From Pecten maximus (Eukaryota), in assembly GCF_902652985.1 (NCBI RefSeq), contig NC_047019.1:38316001-38380000 (forward strand): a DNA stretch of 64,000 nucleotides, written 5' to 3'. The notes under the pieces are model-generated. The model made no database searches. It was not told the DNA's origin and saw only the letters and a list, made by a program, of their open reading frames with translations. The translations under genes were made by a program, and so were the position numbers. Positions 1 through 14,900 of the stretch are shown here, one piece after another (within the stretch, counting starts at the first letter, position 1; each line of letters begins with the position of its first letter).

Positions 1-1320
1 CTTGACATGACTATCTAGTAGGGTGCCAGGGAATACATTGGCTTGACATGACTATCTAGTAGGGTGTGAGGGAATACATTGGCTTGACATGACTATCTAG
101 TAGGGTGTCAGGGAATACATTGGCTTGACATGACTAGTAGGGTGTGAGGGAATACATTGGCTTGACATGACTATCTAGTAGGGTGTGAGGGAATACATTG
201 GCTTGACATGACTATCTAGTAGGGTGTCAGGGAATACATTGGCTTGACATGACTATCTAGTAGGGTGTCAGGGAATACATTGGCTTGACATGACTATCTA
301 GTAGGGTGTCAGGGAATACATTGGCTTGACATGACTATCTAGTAGGGTGTGAGGGGAATACATTGGCTTGACATGACTATCTAGTAGGGTGTCAGGGAAT
401 ACATTGGCTTGACATGACTATCTAGTAGGGTGTCAGGGAATACATTGGCTTGACATGACTATCTAGTAGGGTGTGAGGGAATACACTGGCTTGACATGAC
501 TATCTAGTAGGGTGTGAGGGAATACATTGGCTTGACATGACTAGTAGGGTGTGAGGGAATAAACTGGCTTGACATGACTATCTAGTAGGGTGTCAGGGAA
601 TACATTGGCTTGACATGACTATCTAGTAGGGTGTCAGGGAATACATTGGCTTGACATGACTAGTAGGGTGTGAGGGAATACATTGGCTTGACATGTCTAT
701 CTAGTAGGGTGTAAGGGAATACATTGGCTTGACATGACTAGTAGGGTGTGAGGGAATACACTGGCTTGACATGACTATCTAGTAGGGTGTGAGGGAATAC
801 ACTGGCTTGACATGACTATCTAGTAGGGTGTGAGGGAATACATTGGCTTGACATGACTATCTAGTAGGGTGTCAGGGAATACATTGGCTTGACTTGACTA
901 TCTAGTAGGGTGTCAGGGAATACATTGGCTTGACTTGACTATCTAGTAGGGTGTAAGGGAATACATTGGCTTGACATGACAATCTAGTAGGTTGTCGGGG
1001 AATACATTGGCTTGACATGACAATCTAGTAGGTTGTCGGGGAATACATTGGCTTGACATGACTATCTAGTAGGTTGTCAGGGAATACTTTGGCTTGACAT
1101 GACTAGTAGGGTGTGAGGGAATACATTGGCTTGACATGACTATCTATAAGGGTGTGAGGGAATACATTGGCTTGACATGTCTATCTAGTAGGTTGTCAGG
1201 GAATACATTGGCTTGACATGACTATCTAGTAGGGTGTCAGGGAATACATTGGCTTGACATGACTATCTATAAGGGTGTGAGGGAATACATTGGCTTGACA
1301 TGTCTATCTAGTAGGGTGTC
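1..1320. repeat. Minisatellite, 41-bp unit (cttgacatgactatctagtagggtgtcagggaatacattgg), about 32 copies, runs off the window start
   Basis: Direct periodicity. Confidence 0.97.
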
Positions 1321-1949
1321 AACCTATAGCATACATGTATGTAGCATCCATAGCCTTAATTATCACAGATAATAATTAATAGGTCACATGTTACATCATA
1401 TGTCTAATCACAGATTACAACTACATTTGTATTGGTGATAGGTCACCTGTAACATCAAACCCTCCAACCTGTTCTAGCTTCTTACAACTTTCTCATGGCA
1501 GGTAGAGCTACAGGTAAGTTGTCCCACCTCTATCTCCCATAAAACATGTCAATTAGACCCCTCTTAAGTAAATTTAATTCCATGTAGGATAAGGTAGTTT
1601 GTATATACTCCTGCACTTTGCAAAGTTGAATAAATAAGAAGCCAAAACCATTTCTAAATACCTTTGATTTGGGCAAATTGGACCTTTTATATGTAATCCT
1701 GCACCTTGCAAAGTTAAATAAATTAGAAGCCAAAACTATGTCTAAATATCTCTGATTCAGGCCATTTGGACCTTTTGTTAAAGTTAGATTTTATTCTCTG
1801 TAGAGTTTAACTTAAAATTTTCTCACCTTATCACCTCTATCCAATAGTGTCATCCATTTGCTTTTAAGAATAAAAAATGTGAGAAGCCACATTAAAAAAA
1901 ATGGCCACAGCCGCCAGAATTGATCCGAAGAGATTAAACCCGCTCGTTT

Positions 1950-2145
1950 GTCTATAGATATAGAGCCTGTGAGTACATAGACATTTTATCCAGCTCTGTC
2001 TATATATATAGAGCCTGTGAGTACATTTTATCCAGCTGTCTATATATATTGAGCCTGTGAGTACATAGACATTTTATCCAGCCCTGTCTATATATATAGA
2101 GCCTGTGATCGAGTACATAGACATTTTATCCAGCTCTGTCTATAA
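1950..2145. repeat. Short tandem repeat, ~45-bp unit (gagcctgtgagtacatagacattttatccagctctgtctatata), about 4 copies
   Basis: Direct periodicity. Confidence 0.85.
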
Positions 2146-2884
2146 AATATGCATTTCACCTTAAATAAAGTTAATATTCCAAAGTACAAAATGACACCTT
2201 GGTGTTATCCCAATTTTTTTAACTAAATGTTTTGTTTATTTTGAACATACAAATGAAAAAATTCTATAAAATGTAGGCTCCTCAATGCCAGGATTAAATA
2301 TCAATTTCCATTGTAAATCATGGTTTCCTGGTTTGAATTTAAGTATAGGCTGCTGGAATATATTCGTATTGAATTCCCTAGTTTCTGTATCACGTCTGTA
2401 TAACCAGAGCAAGTTCCAGAATTTGGCACGAAATTAAGCTTAATCATTCATATATATATAAAAAAAAAATGGCTTCTGTGGTTCCAAGAGTCTATAGACA
2501 TTTCTATCTGACACGATTGTCTAAAGCTAAAACTGACATAAAAACACAGCATTCACGCAGTTGTGGGGAAAAGATTTGTAGAAAATAGAGCCTGCGTTAC
2601 AGGTCCCAGCTATCAATGTGTGCTGTATGCCTTCTGGCAGATGTTGTAGTCATATTCACAATTAAGATAGTGAATGTGTCAGTGATATATGTAATCTGGA
2701 CAATAAGCAATTCATTTTTTATCTCCCTTTAAGTGGTATAATGCGAAAATGCTATACTGATGACATGCCTTTTCATTTCCTGAAGCAATTAACACGGTGA
2801 AAACTGCAACAGATGTGTGCACACAAAGATAAGATATACAATGTACGTTATCATGTGGTGACCGCCTCATACTGCAAATGTCCT

Positions 2885-3278
2885 ATAGTCCAAAGGCCCA
2901 TAAGTCATAAGGCCCAATATTCCAAAGGCACATTAGTCCTAAGGCCCAATAGTCCAAAGGCCCATTAGACCTAAGGCCCAATATTCCGAAGGCCCATAAG
3001 TCATAAGGCCCAATAGTCCAAAGGCCCATACATCATAAGGCCCAATAGTCCAAAGGCCAATTAGACCTAAGGCCAAATAGTCCAAAGGCCCATTAGTCCT
3101 AAGGCCCAATAGTCTAAAGGCCCATACGTCATAAGGCTCAATAGTCTAAAGGCCCATACGTCATAAGGCTCAATAGTCCAAAGGCCAATTAGACCTAAGG
3201 CCAAATAGTCCGAAGGTCCAAAAGTCTGAATGCCCTTAAGTCTGAAGGCCCATTAGTCCTAAGGCTCAATAGTCCAAA
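2885..3278. repeat. Minisatellite, 16-bp unit (aaggcccaatagtcca variants)
   Basis: Direct periodicity. Confidence 0.9.
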
Positions 3279-3745
3279 AATAGGTAATATTTTAACGTGG
3301 ATAAATGGTTATATACATGTATGAAAGGTTTCTCACTGTGTATATAACATGTGTATCAAGAGTATGACAGAATATGTATGTATGAAAAAATCAAATCTCA
3401 AACCGAAAGAAAAAATCTTTGTGCCAAAAAGTGAGGGGATCAGTAGTATAATCTTTGCCATGGTGTCATTGCAATGTTATGCTTCAAAACACGGCACTAT
3501 TTTGAATGACCTGGTCTCTGATAAAAAAGAACTGCCTCCAAGTGTATAAAAATGAATATGGATATAAAGCAACTAACCATATGTTCTACCATTGCTTTCT
3601 GTGCATGCCAAGCATGATTTTTCTCATTTTGTTTGTGCCATTTCTGTTGATTTTTCTGTTCCAAGTCTTTATCTATGAATCATTTGACATTGAATCTCTA
3701 ATAAACTAATAACTGATTTTTAAAAATAAGAATGTACATTATTTC

Positions 3746-5340
3746 TATGTAATCTCCCTCTGACCAAGCTCTGTCTGTGTAACCTCCCAATGGTCCAGCT
3801 CTGTCTGTGTAGCCTCTCAATAATCCAGCTCGGTCTGTGTAGCCTCCCAATGATCCAGCTCTGTCTGTGTAGCCTCCCAATGATCCAGCTCTGTCTATGT
3901 TACCTCTCAATGATCCAGCTCTGTCTGTGTAACCTCTCAATGATCCAGATCTGTATGTATAACCTCCCAATGATCCAGCTCTGTCTTTGTAACCTCCCAA
4001 TGATCCAGCTCTGTCTATGTAACCTCCCAATGATCCAGCTCTGTCTATGTAACCTCCCAATAATCCAACTCTGTCTGTGTAACCTCCCAATGATCCAGCT
4101 CTGTCTGTGTAACCTCCCAATGATCCAGCTCTGTCTGTGTAACCTCCCAATGATCCAGCTCGGTCTGTGTAACCTCCCAATGATCCAGCTCTGTCTGTGT
4201 AACCTCCCAATGATCCAGTTCTGTCTGTGTAACCTCTCAATGATCCAGCTCTGTCTGTGTAACCTCCCTATGATCCAGCTCTGTCTGTGTAACCTCCCAA
4301 TGATCCAGCTCTGTCTGTGTAACCTCCCAATGATCCAGCTCTGTCTGTGTAATCTCCCTATGATCCAGCTCTGTCTGTGTAACCTCTCAATGATCCAGAT
4401 CTGTCTGTGTAACCTCCCAATGATCCAGCTCTGTCTGTGTAACCTCCTAATGATCCAGCTGTCTGTGTAACCTCCCAATGATCCAGCTCTGTCTGTGTAA
4501 CCTCCTAATGATCCAGCTGTCTGTGTAACCTCCCAATGATCCAGCTGTCTGTGTAACCTCCCAATGATCCAGCTCTGTCTGTGTAACCTCCCAATGATCC
4601 AGCTCTGTCTGTGTAACCTCCCAATGATCCAGCTCTGTCTATGTAACCTCCCAATGATCCAGCTCTGTCTGTGTAACCTCCCAATGATCCAGCTCTGTCT
4701 GTGTAACCTCCCAATGATCCAGCTCTGTCTGTGTAACCTCCCAATGATCCAGCTGTCTGTGTAACCTCCCAATGATCCAGTTCTGTCTGTGTAACCTCCC
4801 AATGATCCAGCTCTGTCTGTGTAACCTCCCAATGATCCAGCTCTGTCTGTGTAACCTCCCAATGATCCAGCTCTGTCTGTGTTACCTCCCAATCATCCAG
4901 CTCTGTCTGTGTAACCTCTCAATGATCCAGCTCTGTCTGTGTAACCTCTCAATGATCCAGCTCTGTCTGTGTAACCTCTCAATGATCCAGCTCTGTCTGT
5001 ATAAACTCCCAATGATCCAGCTCTGTCTGTGTAACCTCCCAATGATCCAGCTCTGTCTGTATAACCCCCCAATGATCCAGCTCTGTCTGTGTAACCCCTC
5101 AATGATCCAGATCTGTCTGTGTAACCCCTCAATGATCCAGCTCTGTCCGTGTAACCTCTCAATGATCCAGCTCTGTCTGTGTAACCTCTCAATGATCCAG
5201 CTCTGTCTGTGTAACCTCCCAATGATCCAGCTCTGTCTGTGTAACCTCCCAATGATCCAGATCTGTCTGTGTAACCTCCCAATGATCCAGCTTTGTCTGT
5301 ATAACCTCCCAATGATCCAGATCTGTCTGTATAACCTCCA
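3746..5340. repeat. Minisatellite, 30-bp unit (tgatccagctctgtctgtgtaacctcccaa), about 53 copies
   Basis: Direct periodicity; source of the spurious MIQLCLCNLP and GGYTDRAGSL ORFs. Confidence 0.97.
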
Positions 5341-5689
5341 AAACCTTATTCAGTAAGCCTGTGTGGTGTATAGTTTGATGGTATCTCCCAAACCAGCTGA
5401 AACTCTCACAGAAACAGTTACCAACATGTTTATGGCGTCCTGTCATGTTCACTAATTTGCCAAGCTTATCACATTCACTTTGAATTTAAAAATTCCTTTT
5501 TTGTTTCCATGGAAGCCAATTTTGGAGCAGGGTAAGAGATTTAATTGGAGAAGAAAATTATCAAATTTCGAAGTCTGGGTTTGATTGATGTAGGGCTATT
5601 ATAACCTGTGGTAATTGTCTGCCATCAGGATGAGTAAATCAAGTCCATCTGTCACAGGTTTGCTGTTGTATCTAGTATCAGTATCAGTC

Positions 5690-6075
5690 GGAGGTATTTA
5701 TTAAGTACCTGTATAAGATGTCATTAGGTATCAATTACCTGTATAAGATGTAATTAGGTATTAATTACCTGTATAAGATGTAATCAGGTATTAATTACCT
5801 GTATAAGATGTAATTAGGTATTAATTACCTGTATAAGATGTAATCAGGTATTAATTACCTGTATAAGATGTAATCAGGTATTAATTACCTGTATAAGATG
5901 TAATTAGGTATTAATTACCTGTATAAGATAATTAGTATCAATTACCTGTATAATATGTAATTACATATTAAGTACCTGTATAAGATGTAATTACATATTA
6001 AGTACCTGTATAAGATGTAATTACGTATTAAGTACCTGTATAAGATGTAATCAGGTATTAATTACCTGTATCAGA
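5690..6075. repeat. Minisatellite, 30-bp unit (taattacctgtataagatgtaattaggtat) with a near-palindromic core
   Basis: Direct periodicity. Confidence 0.93.
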
Positions 6076-7394
6076 TGAAATAAGTAATTTTTAACATCCT
6101 CAAATGACCATTATGAAATGTTTATTTGTCCATCAATGTTTGCCAGTCAAAAAACAATTGATGTATTTCTACCTGTTTGTGTATTGATCTTTAAATTGAT
6201 CGTTCAGGTGATCTCCAATAATACCTGTAGTCTATTTCCTATTGTTTGAGGAGACAATGGGGCTCCATTACATTACTTCTCCTGTCAGGTGTTATGGCTC
6301 CTGGCCATCCAGGTATGCATGTATCATGTAAATGAAGGAAAATATAACAAATTATTTCTAGTCTTTGAATGTGTTTCTAGGTATTGTAGGTACAAATTGG
6401 TACAGTGTAGATGAAGATGAAAAACAATTTGCAAGTGCATAATCCAATTAAGCGGTGCCATCACTCATATCAACAACTCCACCCTAGTACTCAATCTTCC
6501 TACAGCAGATATCTCTCTCCTTCACACTGTGAGGCACATTAACTCCAGAAATTGTCAGCCACTTTGTATGTTTTATTTTCCCAGACTTGTGTAAGTTGTG
6601 GCTTCCCAGATCTGTTCCGACCCTGTCTACCTTAAACCCAATTCTACAATCTAATTCCAGAAAACTAGTCTCTGTCTCTTTATGATGTTTCCTATTTTGA
6701 TATTTACAAGGTCCTTCAGAAATTCTGAGTGGAAGTAATTGAACCTGAGCGCAGTTATTTTTCACACCATCAAAGTTTTAGCTGTTTTTTTCAGACACCA
6801 AACGGCCAAAGCATTGAGTAAAGATGGCCCCTGAGAAGTTGTAATTAAATGTCAATGATTCTACATGTAAGACTTTAATACAACAGATATAGTGTTTAAC
6901 AAAACTGATGTGGTTAGTGTTCTGGTGTCCGATGATTCTAGTGGCTACCAAAAACATCCAGTATAGCGAGATAGAGAATCCAATCACTTGTACACTTCCC
7001 AGCAAATAAATTCCCTCTGGGTCTGGGTCTCCTTCAATTCCAATAACCACTTGTAGAGAAGCTAAAACGATATCCACATAAAGGTTTCCCCAAGTGATAA
7101 TTTGAGGGGAACTTTAGGAGTACCATTTTGTTCTCTCACTAATATATCAGATATTTCTGAGGTAGTTTGATAATATCTATTTTCTTCCTACAAACTATTT
7201 TTGGACATGTTCCACAATAGTAAAACTTTCAAATTTTACTTGTAGGCCATTTGACACCCAACAATTGCTTCACTTTCAAGATCGTCTGTGAAGTAGCTTT
7301 GTAATCCAGCAATTAGCATGCTATCATCTAATTGAGGATACTTGAATGATAATTTTGTAGTTCAAGAAAGAGCTATGCTAAGTATTGTGATTAA

Positions 7395-8090
7395 CAGATG
7401 GGTAATTTTAAAGTCCAGCTATTGTTACACTATCAAAATTACTTGTGGGGTAAAGTCCAACAATTGTTACATTTTCAATATAACTTGTGGGGTAATTTCA
7501 AAGTCCAGCCAATATATGTTACACTTTCAAGATTACTTGTGGGGTATATTTAAAGTCCAGCTATTGTTACACAAAATGTACTATCAAAACTACTTGTGGG
7601 GTAATTTTGAATTCCAACAATTGTTACACATTCAAGATTACTTGTGGGGGTAATTTTGAAGTCCAACAATTGCTACACATCCAAGATTACTTGTGGGGTA
7701 ATTTTGAAGTCCAACAATTGTTACACATTCAAGATTACTTGTGGGGTAATTTTGAAGTCCAACAATTGTTACACATCCAAGATTACTTGTGGGGTAATTT
7801 TGAAGTCCAACAATTGTTACACATCCAAGATTACTTGTGGGGTAATTTTGAAGTCCAACAATTGTTACACATTCAAGATTACTTGTGGGGTAATTTTGAA
7901 GTCCAACAATTGTTACACATTCAAGATTACTTGTGGGGTAATTTTGAAGTCCAATAATTGTTACACATTCAAGATTACTTGTGGGGTAATTTTTGAAGTC
8001 CAACAATTGTTACACATTCAAGATTACTTGTGGGGTAATTTTGAAGTCCAGTAATTATTACACTACCGAGGTTACTTGCAGGGTAATATA
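7395..8090. repeat. Minisatellite, 48-bp unit (acttgtggggtaattttgaagtccaacaattgttacacattcaagatt)
   Basis: Direct periodicity, degenerate at the 5' end. Confidence 0.95.
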
Positions 8091-8685
8091 CAATCACCTG
8101 GAAAAACCAATGAAGAAATCAAATTACAATATATTTCAATAATCCATATTCAACTACTACATGTTTTGCCAGAACAATAAAAGACATTACCTAGAATAGT
8201 TTGACCAAGTGTGTTAAGGATCATGCCAATGAGGCTTCAGAATGCCCTCTAAGAGCCAACAAAGTATAGCTTATCATTATATTTACATGTAAAAATCCTC
8301 TCCTATAAGAGAACAACTACTAGACACAATATACAATAAGCATTATAAGCAAAACTGATTTTCTGACACCTCAAATTTCTTCATTTCGCTTATCTTGAAG
8401 ATCAGTTTGACAGGATATTTCTTCAAGAAATCAAATTATCTCTCACTATCAGAATGAATGACTGGCTCCGACACTGAAGTCAGACATGCAGACAGCACTT
8501 TCTGTGCTGACTCCGACCATTTTGACCATTTTACACTTCCTCTCTTCAGTCTAGTGGACAAATGATGGAGATGGCCTCCATGGAAAGGCTGATAATTAAA
8601 ATTCTGTATTAGGGACTGCTACACAGTGACAGCATTGTACCTCCATTAATTCTATCCAACTTTAACCAAGATTCTTGTCGGACCG

Positions 8686-9030
8686 TTACCTTTCTGATTA
8701 CGTCTCTACTCCAATAGATCCCTAATACAGTTAAGTAGTTACCTGATTACGTCACTACTCCAGTAGATCCCTATACAGTTAAGTAGTTACCTGATTATGT
8801 CACTACTCCAGTAGATCCCTAATACAGATAAGTGGTTACCTGATTACGTCTCTACTCCAATAGATCCCTAATACAGTTAAGTAGTTACCTGATTACGTCA
8901 CTACTCCAGTAGATCCCTAATACAGTTAAGTAGTTACCTGATTACGTCACTACTCCAATAGACCCCTAATACAGTTAAGTAGTTACCTGATTACGTCACT
9001 ACTCCAGTAGATCCCTAATACAGTTAAGTC
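8686..9030. repeat. Minisatellite, 49-bp unit (ttacctgattacgtcactactccagtagatccctaatacagttaagtag), 7 copies
   Basis: Direct periodicity. Confidence 0.95.
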
Positions 9031-9744
9031 TAAATACTTATCCAGCTGTATAATATGCCACTTCACAAAATATCTGTGTAGGTTTATGATTTTCATTTTT
9101 ACATATTTTTTAGATTTATGGATATCTAAAGCGTATGTTAAAAATTTATGATGATGAATGTTCATATGCTAAGAAAATATTGTATTATGAAGTATTGATG
9201 TTATCAAACCTATAACAAAGTTCTAGTTGGAAGAGGACTCTGTAAGTAATGGTAGTTATGTACTACTTTATCAGTAATCGTACACGTTCCACACAGCATG
9301 ACCGAATGTCTCTAAGATTAATGTCTAATTGATATTTATTCCCATCATCCAAACAAATTTCATTTTAGCACTTGATATCAAAATGAACTTGTCCAATTTC
9401 AAAAGAATTACTATCTTAAGTGCATTCTACCAATAAGGTAACTGATATTGTGTAGACAGCTGTTGAAGACAAAACCTGCATGTTCTGCAGTTCAGCATCG
9501 ATAGATACTACCACTAATAGTGCACAAGAGAGGCCAACGTGTAGAAATTCGAGATTGTCAGGATATCTCAATAGGTAAATACTTCTTGAAGGTCAAATAA
9601 TGTCTGTTTCATGCCAATCAAGAAATTCTATAGTTAGAAATAAACTTATGATGGTGCAGCATTTGGGTGAACATAAATGTGGTTCTGGTATGATCCATTA
9701 CTTATTGAGTGAAATGGAATGATTACAAAAGTACATATTCTAAA

Positions 9745-10380
9745 CCCACAGAAGGGGGCTCTGGCACCTCAGAAGGAAGATCTGGTGCCACGGGAGGAGG
9801 CTCTGGCACCACAGGAAGGATATCTGGCACCACAGGAAGGAGATCTGGCACCACAGGAGGGAGATCTGGTGCCACAGGTAGGAGATCTGGCACCACAGAA
9901 GGGGATCTGGCACCACAGGAGGGGCTCTGGTACCACAGGAAGGATATTTCGCACTACATGAGGGGGCTCTGGTACCACAAGAGGGAGATTTGGCACCACA
10001 TGAGGGGGCTCTGGCACGGGCTCTGGCACCACATGAGGGGGCTCTGGCACCACAGGAGGGGAACTGGACCACAGGAGGGAGATCTGGCACCAACGGAGGG
10101 GGATCTAGCACCACAGGTGGGGGCTCTGGCACCTCAGGAGGGTCTCTGGCCCCACAGGAAGGGATCTGGCACCACAGGAGGGGTTCTGGTACCATAGGAT
10201 GGAGATTTGGCACTACATGAGGGGGCTCTGGTACCACAGGAGGGAGATTTGGCACCACATGATGGGGCTCTGGCACAGGCTCTGGCACCACATGAGGGGG
10301 CTCAGGCTCTGGCACCACAGGAGGGGAAACTGGACCACAGGAGGGGACACTGGCACCACAGGAGGGGACTCTGGCAGCAG
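9745..10380. repeat. Minisatellite, 20-21-bp unit (ggcaccacaggagggagatct / ggggctct variants)
   Basis: Direct periodicity with frequent indels. Confidence 0.92.
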
Positions 10381-10494
10381 ATGATTGAAAGGTGAGGTTT
10401 ATTGTGTAATATAACTGTCAGTTTTATAACAACATGAAATCACAATGTGGTGAATCAATGGTCTATTACATTCCTGATCAAAAGTCTTTACTTT

Positions 10495-10685
10495 ATGCCA
10501 AATTGATTGAGGTCAAATAAACACGGGTAAAAAAAATCAAGGTCAAAACCATCAAGGTCAAATAAACCTTGGTCAAACTAGCCAAGGTCAATCCAATCAA
10601 GATCAAACTAACTGAGGTCAAACCATTCATGGTCAAACTAACCAATGTCAAATCAATCAATGTTAAACTGACCAAGGTTAAAATG
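10495..10685. repeat. Degenerate 15-bp tandem repeat (ggtcaaactaaccaa-like)
   Basis: ggtcaa recurs every 15 bp. Confidence 0.8.
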
Positions 10686-11961
10686 AATCAGCAGCAATTG
10701 CAGGAACCCAGTCCATAGAAATATAAGCTATAAGCACATTTTTTAATACCAAATTATTGCATCACCAACACTTCAGCAGTTCAGTTTCTAAAATAAGCCA
10801 CAAAAACAATATTATCTGTTAAGTTAATTGATCAAATTGAAATTTTATTATTGGTAAATTCTGCCAGTTTAATTAAATAGTGCTCCATTGCTGGAACAGT
10901 CCAAATCTGTATCTACATTCAGTATAGAGCAATTTTAGTGGTAACACAGGTAGATTTTCTTTATGTTACTAAACATGTATCTGACATTAGCAATAGCATT
11001 AGACATTTTTGAGGTCTCTATCTCTGTGTCATTTCAGGTCAAGCATCAAAAACTGCAATTTTATCTCATGTCATGGATTTTTGTTGTTGTTCAAGTTCTT
11101 TTTACTGCTAATGACATTTACAAAGTAAAAGTTGGGGTTATTTACAAATTCAGACCTATGAAGATTGTATAAAACCAATATTCTTCAGAAGCACTTATAC
11201 TTAAAGAATAACTATGAAAGATTAAACAGAAGCACAAAGTCAGTAAAAAATAATTTATACACTCTTTATAGTGATCTTTCCTTTACACTCATGTGACCTA
11301 AATCCAAAATCAACATCACTGAGAAGCTTGAAACTTTATGGATATTGATCAAGAAACACACTGACTATTACAATGGTGCAGGGTTTAGGCTCCAGAAGGT
11401 CTTACTAGAGTTTACAGTCTATTAACAGACTGAGTAAACAATGGAGGATAGTTGTGAAAAGTTACAGCGACCTCATACACTGATGTTATACTCAAGCTGA
11501 CTCCCTGTAATGAATTTGGTTGACTGTTTGGCTTTTAGTACTAGAATGGCCGCTAAGGAATTTAGTGAAGTGGAGGTGACACATTGACCCCCATGATATA
11601 GTGCAGTGCTGCTGAAGTTGTTTCTGCTTATATGTAAAACAATTTGATGACTGCCTGACATGCTTCATAGAAATAGAGCTCAGCTGAGAGTGTTGTACTG
11701 GAGATGTCATCAATATATGTCTAATATTTGTGGTATGATTGGGATGTTAGGTTTAAGAGGAAATACCACACAGACTTTAGAACTCTAAATACAGCCACAG
11801 TTGATTGACTAATTTGTAGAAGTATTGACAACTCGTGTCTAAAGACAATATGAACTGTCTATATTGTCCATTTTGTCCTCATTACACTGAGAAAACATTA
11901 CACACTAAGGATCAATTTGTCTGTCGGACACTAATACTGTTACCAATGACAGTTATAGTCT

Positions 11962-14900
11962 TCAAACTCTGACTGTGTCTGGGCCAAGCATATATCTAGG
12001 GCCTTATACAAACACTGACTAACTCTAGACCAAACATATATCTAGGGCCTTATACAAACTCTGACTAACTCTAGACCAAACATATATCTAGGGCCTTATA
12101 CAAACACTGACTGTCTCTGGGTCAAACATATATCTAGGGCCTTATACAAACACTGACTGTCTCTGGGTCAAACATATATCTAGGGCCTTATACAAACACT
12201 GACTGTGTCTGGGCCAAACATATATCTAGGGCCTTATACAAACCCTGACTGTGTCTGGGCCAAACATATATCTAGGGCCTTATACAAACCCTCACTGTCT
12301 CTGGGCCAAACATATATCTAGGGCCTTATACAAACCCTCACTGTCTCTGGGTCAAACATACATCTAGGGCCTTATACAAACCCTCACTGTCTCTGGGCCA
12401 AACATATATCTAGGGCCTTATACAAACACAGACTGTCTCTGGGTCAAACATATATCTAGGGCCTTATACAAACCCTCACTGTCTCTGGGTCAAACATATA
12501 TCTAGGGCCTTATACAAACCCTCACTGTCTCTGGGTCAAACATATATCTAGGGCCTTATACAAACCCTCACTGTCTCTGGGTCAAACATATATCTAGGGC
12601 CTTATACAAACACAGACTGTCTCTGGGTCAAACATATATCTAGGGCCTTATACAAACACTGACTGTGTCTGGGCCAAACATATATCTAGGGCCTTATACA
12701 AACCCTCACTGTCTCTGGGTCAAACATATATCTAGGGCCTTATACAAACACAGACTGTCTCTGGGTCAAACATATATCTAGGGCCTTATACAAACCCTCA
12801 CTGTCTCTGGGTCAAACATATATCTAGGGCCTTATACAAACCCTCACTGTCTCTGGGCCAAACATATATCTAGGGCCTTATACAAACCCTCACTGTGTCT
12901 GGGCCACACATATATCTAGGGCCTTATACAAACACCGACTGTCTCTGGGTCAAACATATATCTAGGGCCTTATACAAACCCCGACTGTCTCTGGGCCAAA
13001 CATATATCTAGGGCCTTATACAAACCCTCACTGTCTCTGGGCCAAACATATATCTAGGGCCTTATACAAACACCGACTGTCTCTGGGTCAAACATATATC
13101 TAGGGCCTTATACAAACACAGACTAACTCTAGACCAAACATATATCTAGGGCCTTATACAAACCCTGACTGTGTCTGGGCCAAACATATATCTAGGGCCT
13201 TATACAAACACTGACTGTCTCTGGGCCAAACATATATCTAGGGCCTTATACAAACCCTGACTAACTCTAGACCAAACATATATCTAGGGCCTTATACAAA
13301 CCCTGACTGTGTCTGGGCCAAACATATATCTAGGGCCTTATACAAACCCTCACTGTCTCTGGGCCAAACATATATCTAGGGCCTTATACAAACCCTCACT
13401 GTCTCTGGGTCAAACATACATCTAGGGCCTTATACAAACCCTCACTGTCTCTGGGCCAAACATATATCTAGGGCCTTATACAAACACAGACTGTCTCTGG
13501 GTCAAACATATATCTAGGGCCTTATACAAACACAGACTGTCTCTGGGTCAAACATATATCTAGGGCCTTATACAAACCCTCACTGTCTCTGGGTCAAACA
13601 TATATCTAGGGCCTTATACAAACCCTCACTGTCTCTGGGTCAAACATATATCTAGGGCCTTATACAAACCCTCACTGTCTCTGGGTCAAACATATATCTA
13701 GGGCCTTATACAAACACAGACTGTCTCTGGGTCAAACATATATCTAGGGCCTTATACAAACACAGACTGTCTCTGGGTCAAACATATATCTAGGGCCTTA
13801 TACAAACCCTCACTGTCTCTGGGTCAAACATATATCTAGGGCCTTATACAAACCCTCACTGTCTCTGGGCCAAACATATATCTAGGGCCTTATACAAACC
13901 CTCACTGTGTCTGGGCCACACATATATCTAGGGCCTTATACAAACACCGACTGTCTCTGGGTCAAACATATATCTAGGGCCTTATACAAACCCCGACTGT
14001 CTCTGGGCCAAACATATATCTAGGGCCTTATACAAACCCTCACTGTCTCTGGGCCAAACATATATCTAGGGCCTTATACAAACACCGACTGTCTCTGGGT
14101 CAAACATATATCTAGGGCCTTATACAAACCCCGACTGTCTCTGGGCCAAACATATATCTAGGGCCTTATACAAACACCGACTGTCTCTGGGTCAAACATA
14201 TATCTAGGGCCTTATACAAACACAGACTGTCTCTGGGTCAAACATATATCTAGGGCCTTATACAAACCCTGACTGTCTCTGGGTCAAACATATATCTAGG
14301 GCCTTATACAAACCCTGACTGTCTCTGGGTCAAACATATATCTAGGGCCTTATACAAACCCTCACTGTCTCTGGGTCAAACATATATCTAGGGCCTGATA
14401 CAAACACCGACTGTCTCTGGGCCAAACATATATCTAGGGCCGTATACAAACCCTCACTGTCTCTGGGCCAAACATATATCTAGGGCCTTATACAAACCCT
14501 GACTGTCTCTGGGCCAAACATATATCTAGGGCCTTATACAAACCCTCACTGTCTCTGGGTCAAACATATATCTAGAGCCTTATACAAACCCTGACTGTCT
14601 CTGGGCCAAACATATATCTAGGGCCTTATACAAACACTGACTGTCTCTGGGCCAAACATATATCTAGGGCCTTATACAAACCCTCACTGTCTCTGGGTTA
14701 AACATACATCTAGGGCCTGATACAAACCCTCACTGTCTCTGGGCCAAGCATATATCTAGTGCCTTATACAAACACCGACTGTCTCTAGACCAAACATATA
14801 TCTAGGGCCTTATACAAACCCTCACTGTCTCTAGACCAAACATATATCTAGGGCCTTATACAAACTCTGACTAACTCTAGACCAAACATACATCTAGGGC

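Noticed and set aside
3698-5356. GGYTDRAGSL repeat ORFs resembling ice-nucleation or Gly-rich structural proteins
   Set aside because: This is a 30-bp minisatellite with 28-bp frameshifting units and no start, signal peptide or splice context.
6484-7077. Two adjacent non-repetitive minus-strand ORFs
   Set aside because: They have no recognisable motifs or splice structure, and their lengths are compatible with chance.
9709-10395. Gly/Thr-rich ORF (GGRSGTT repeats)
   Set aside because: It comes from a 20/21-bp repeat with constant frame changes.
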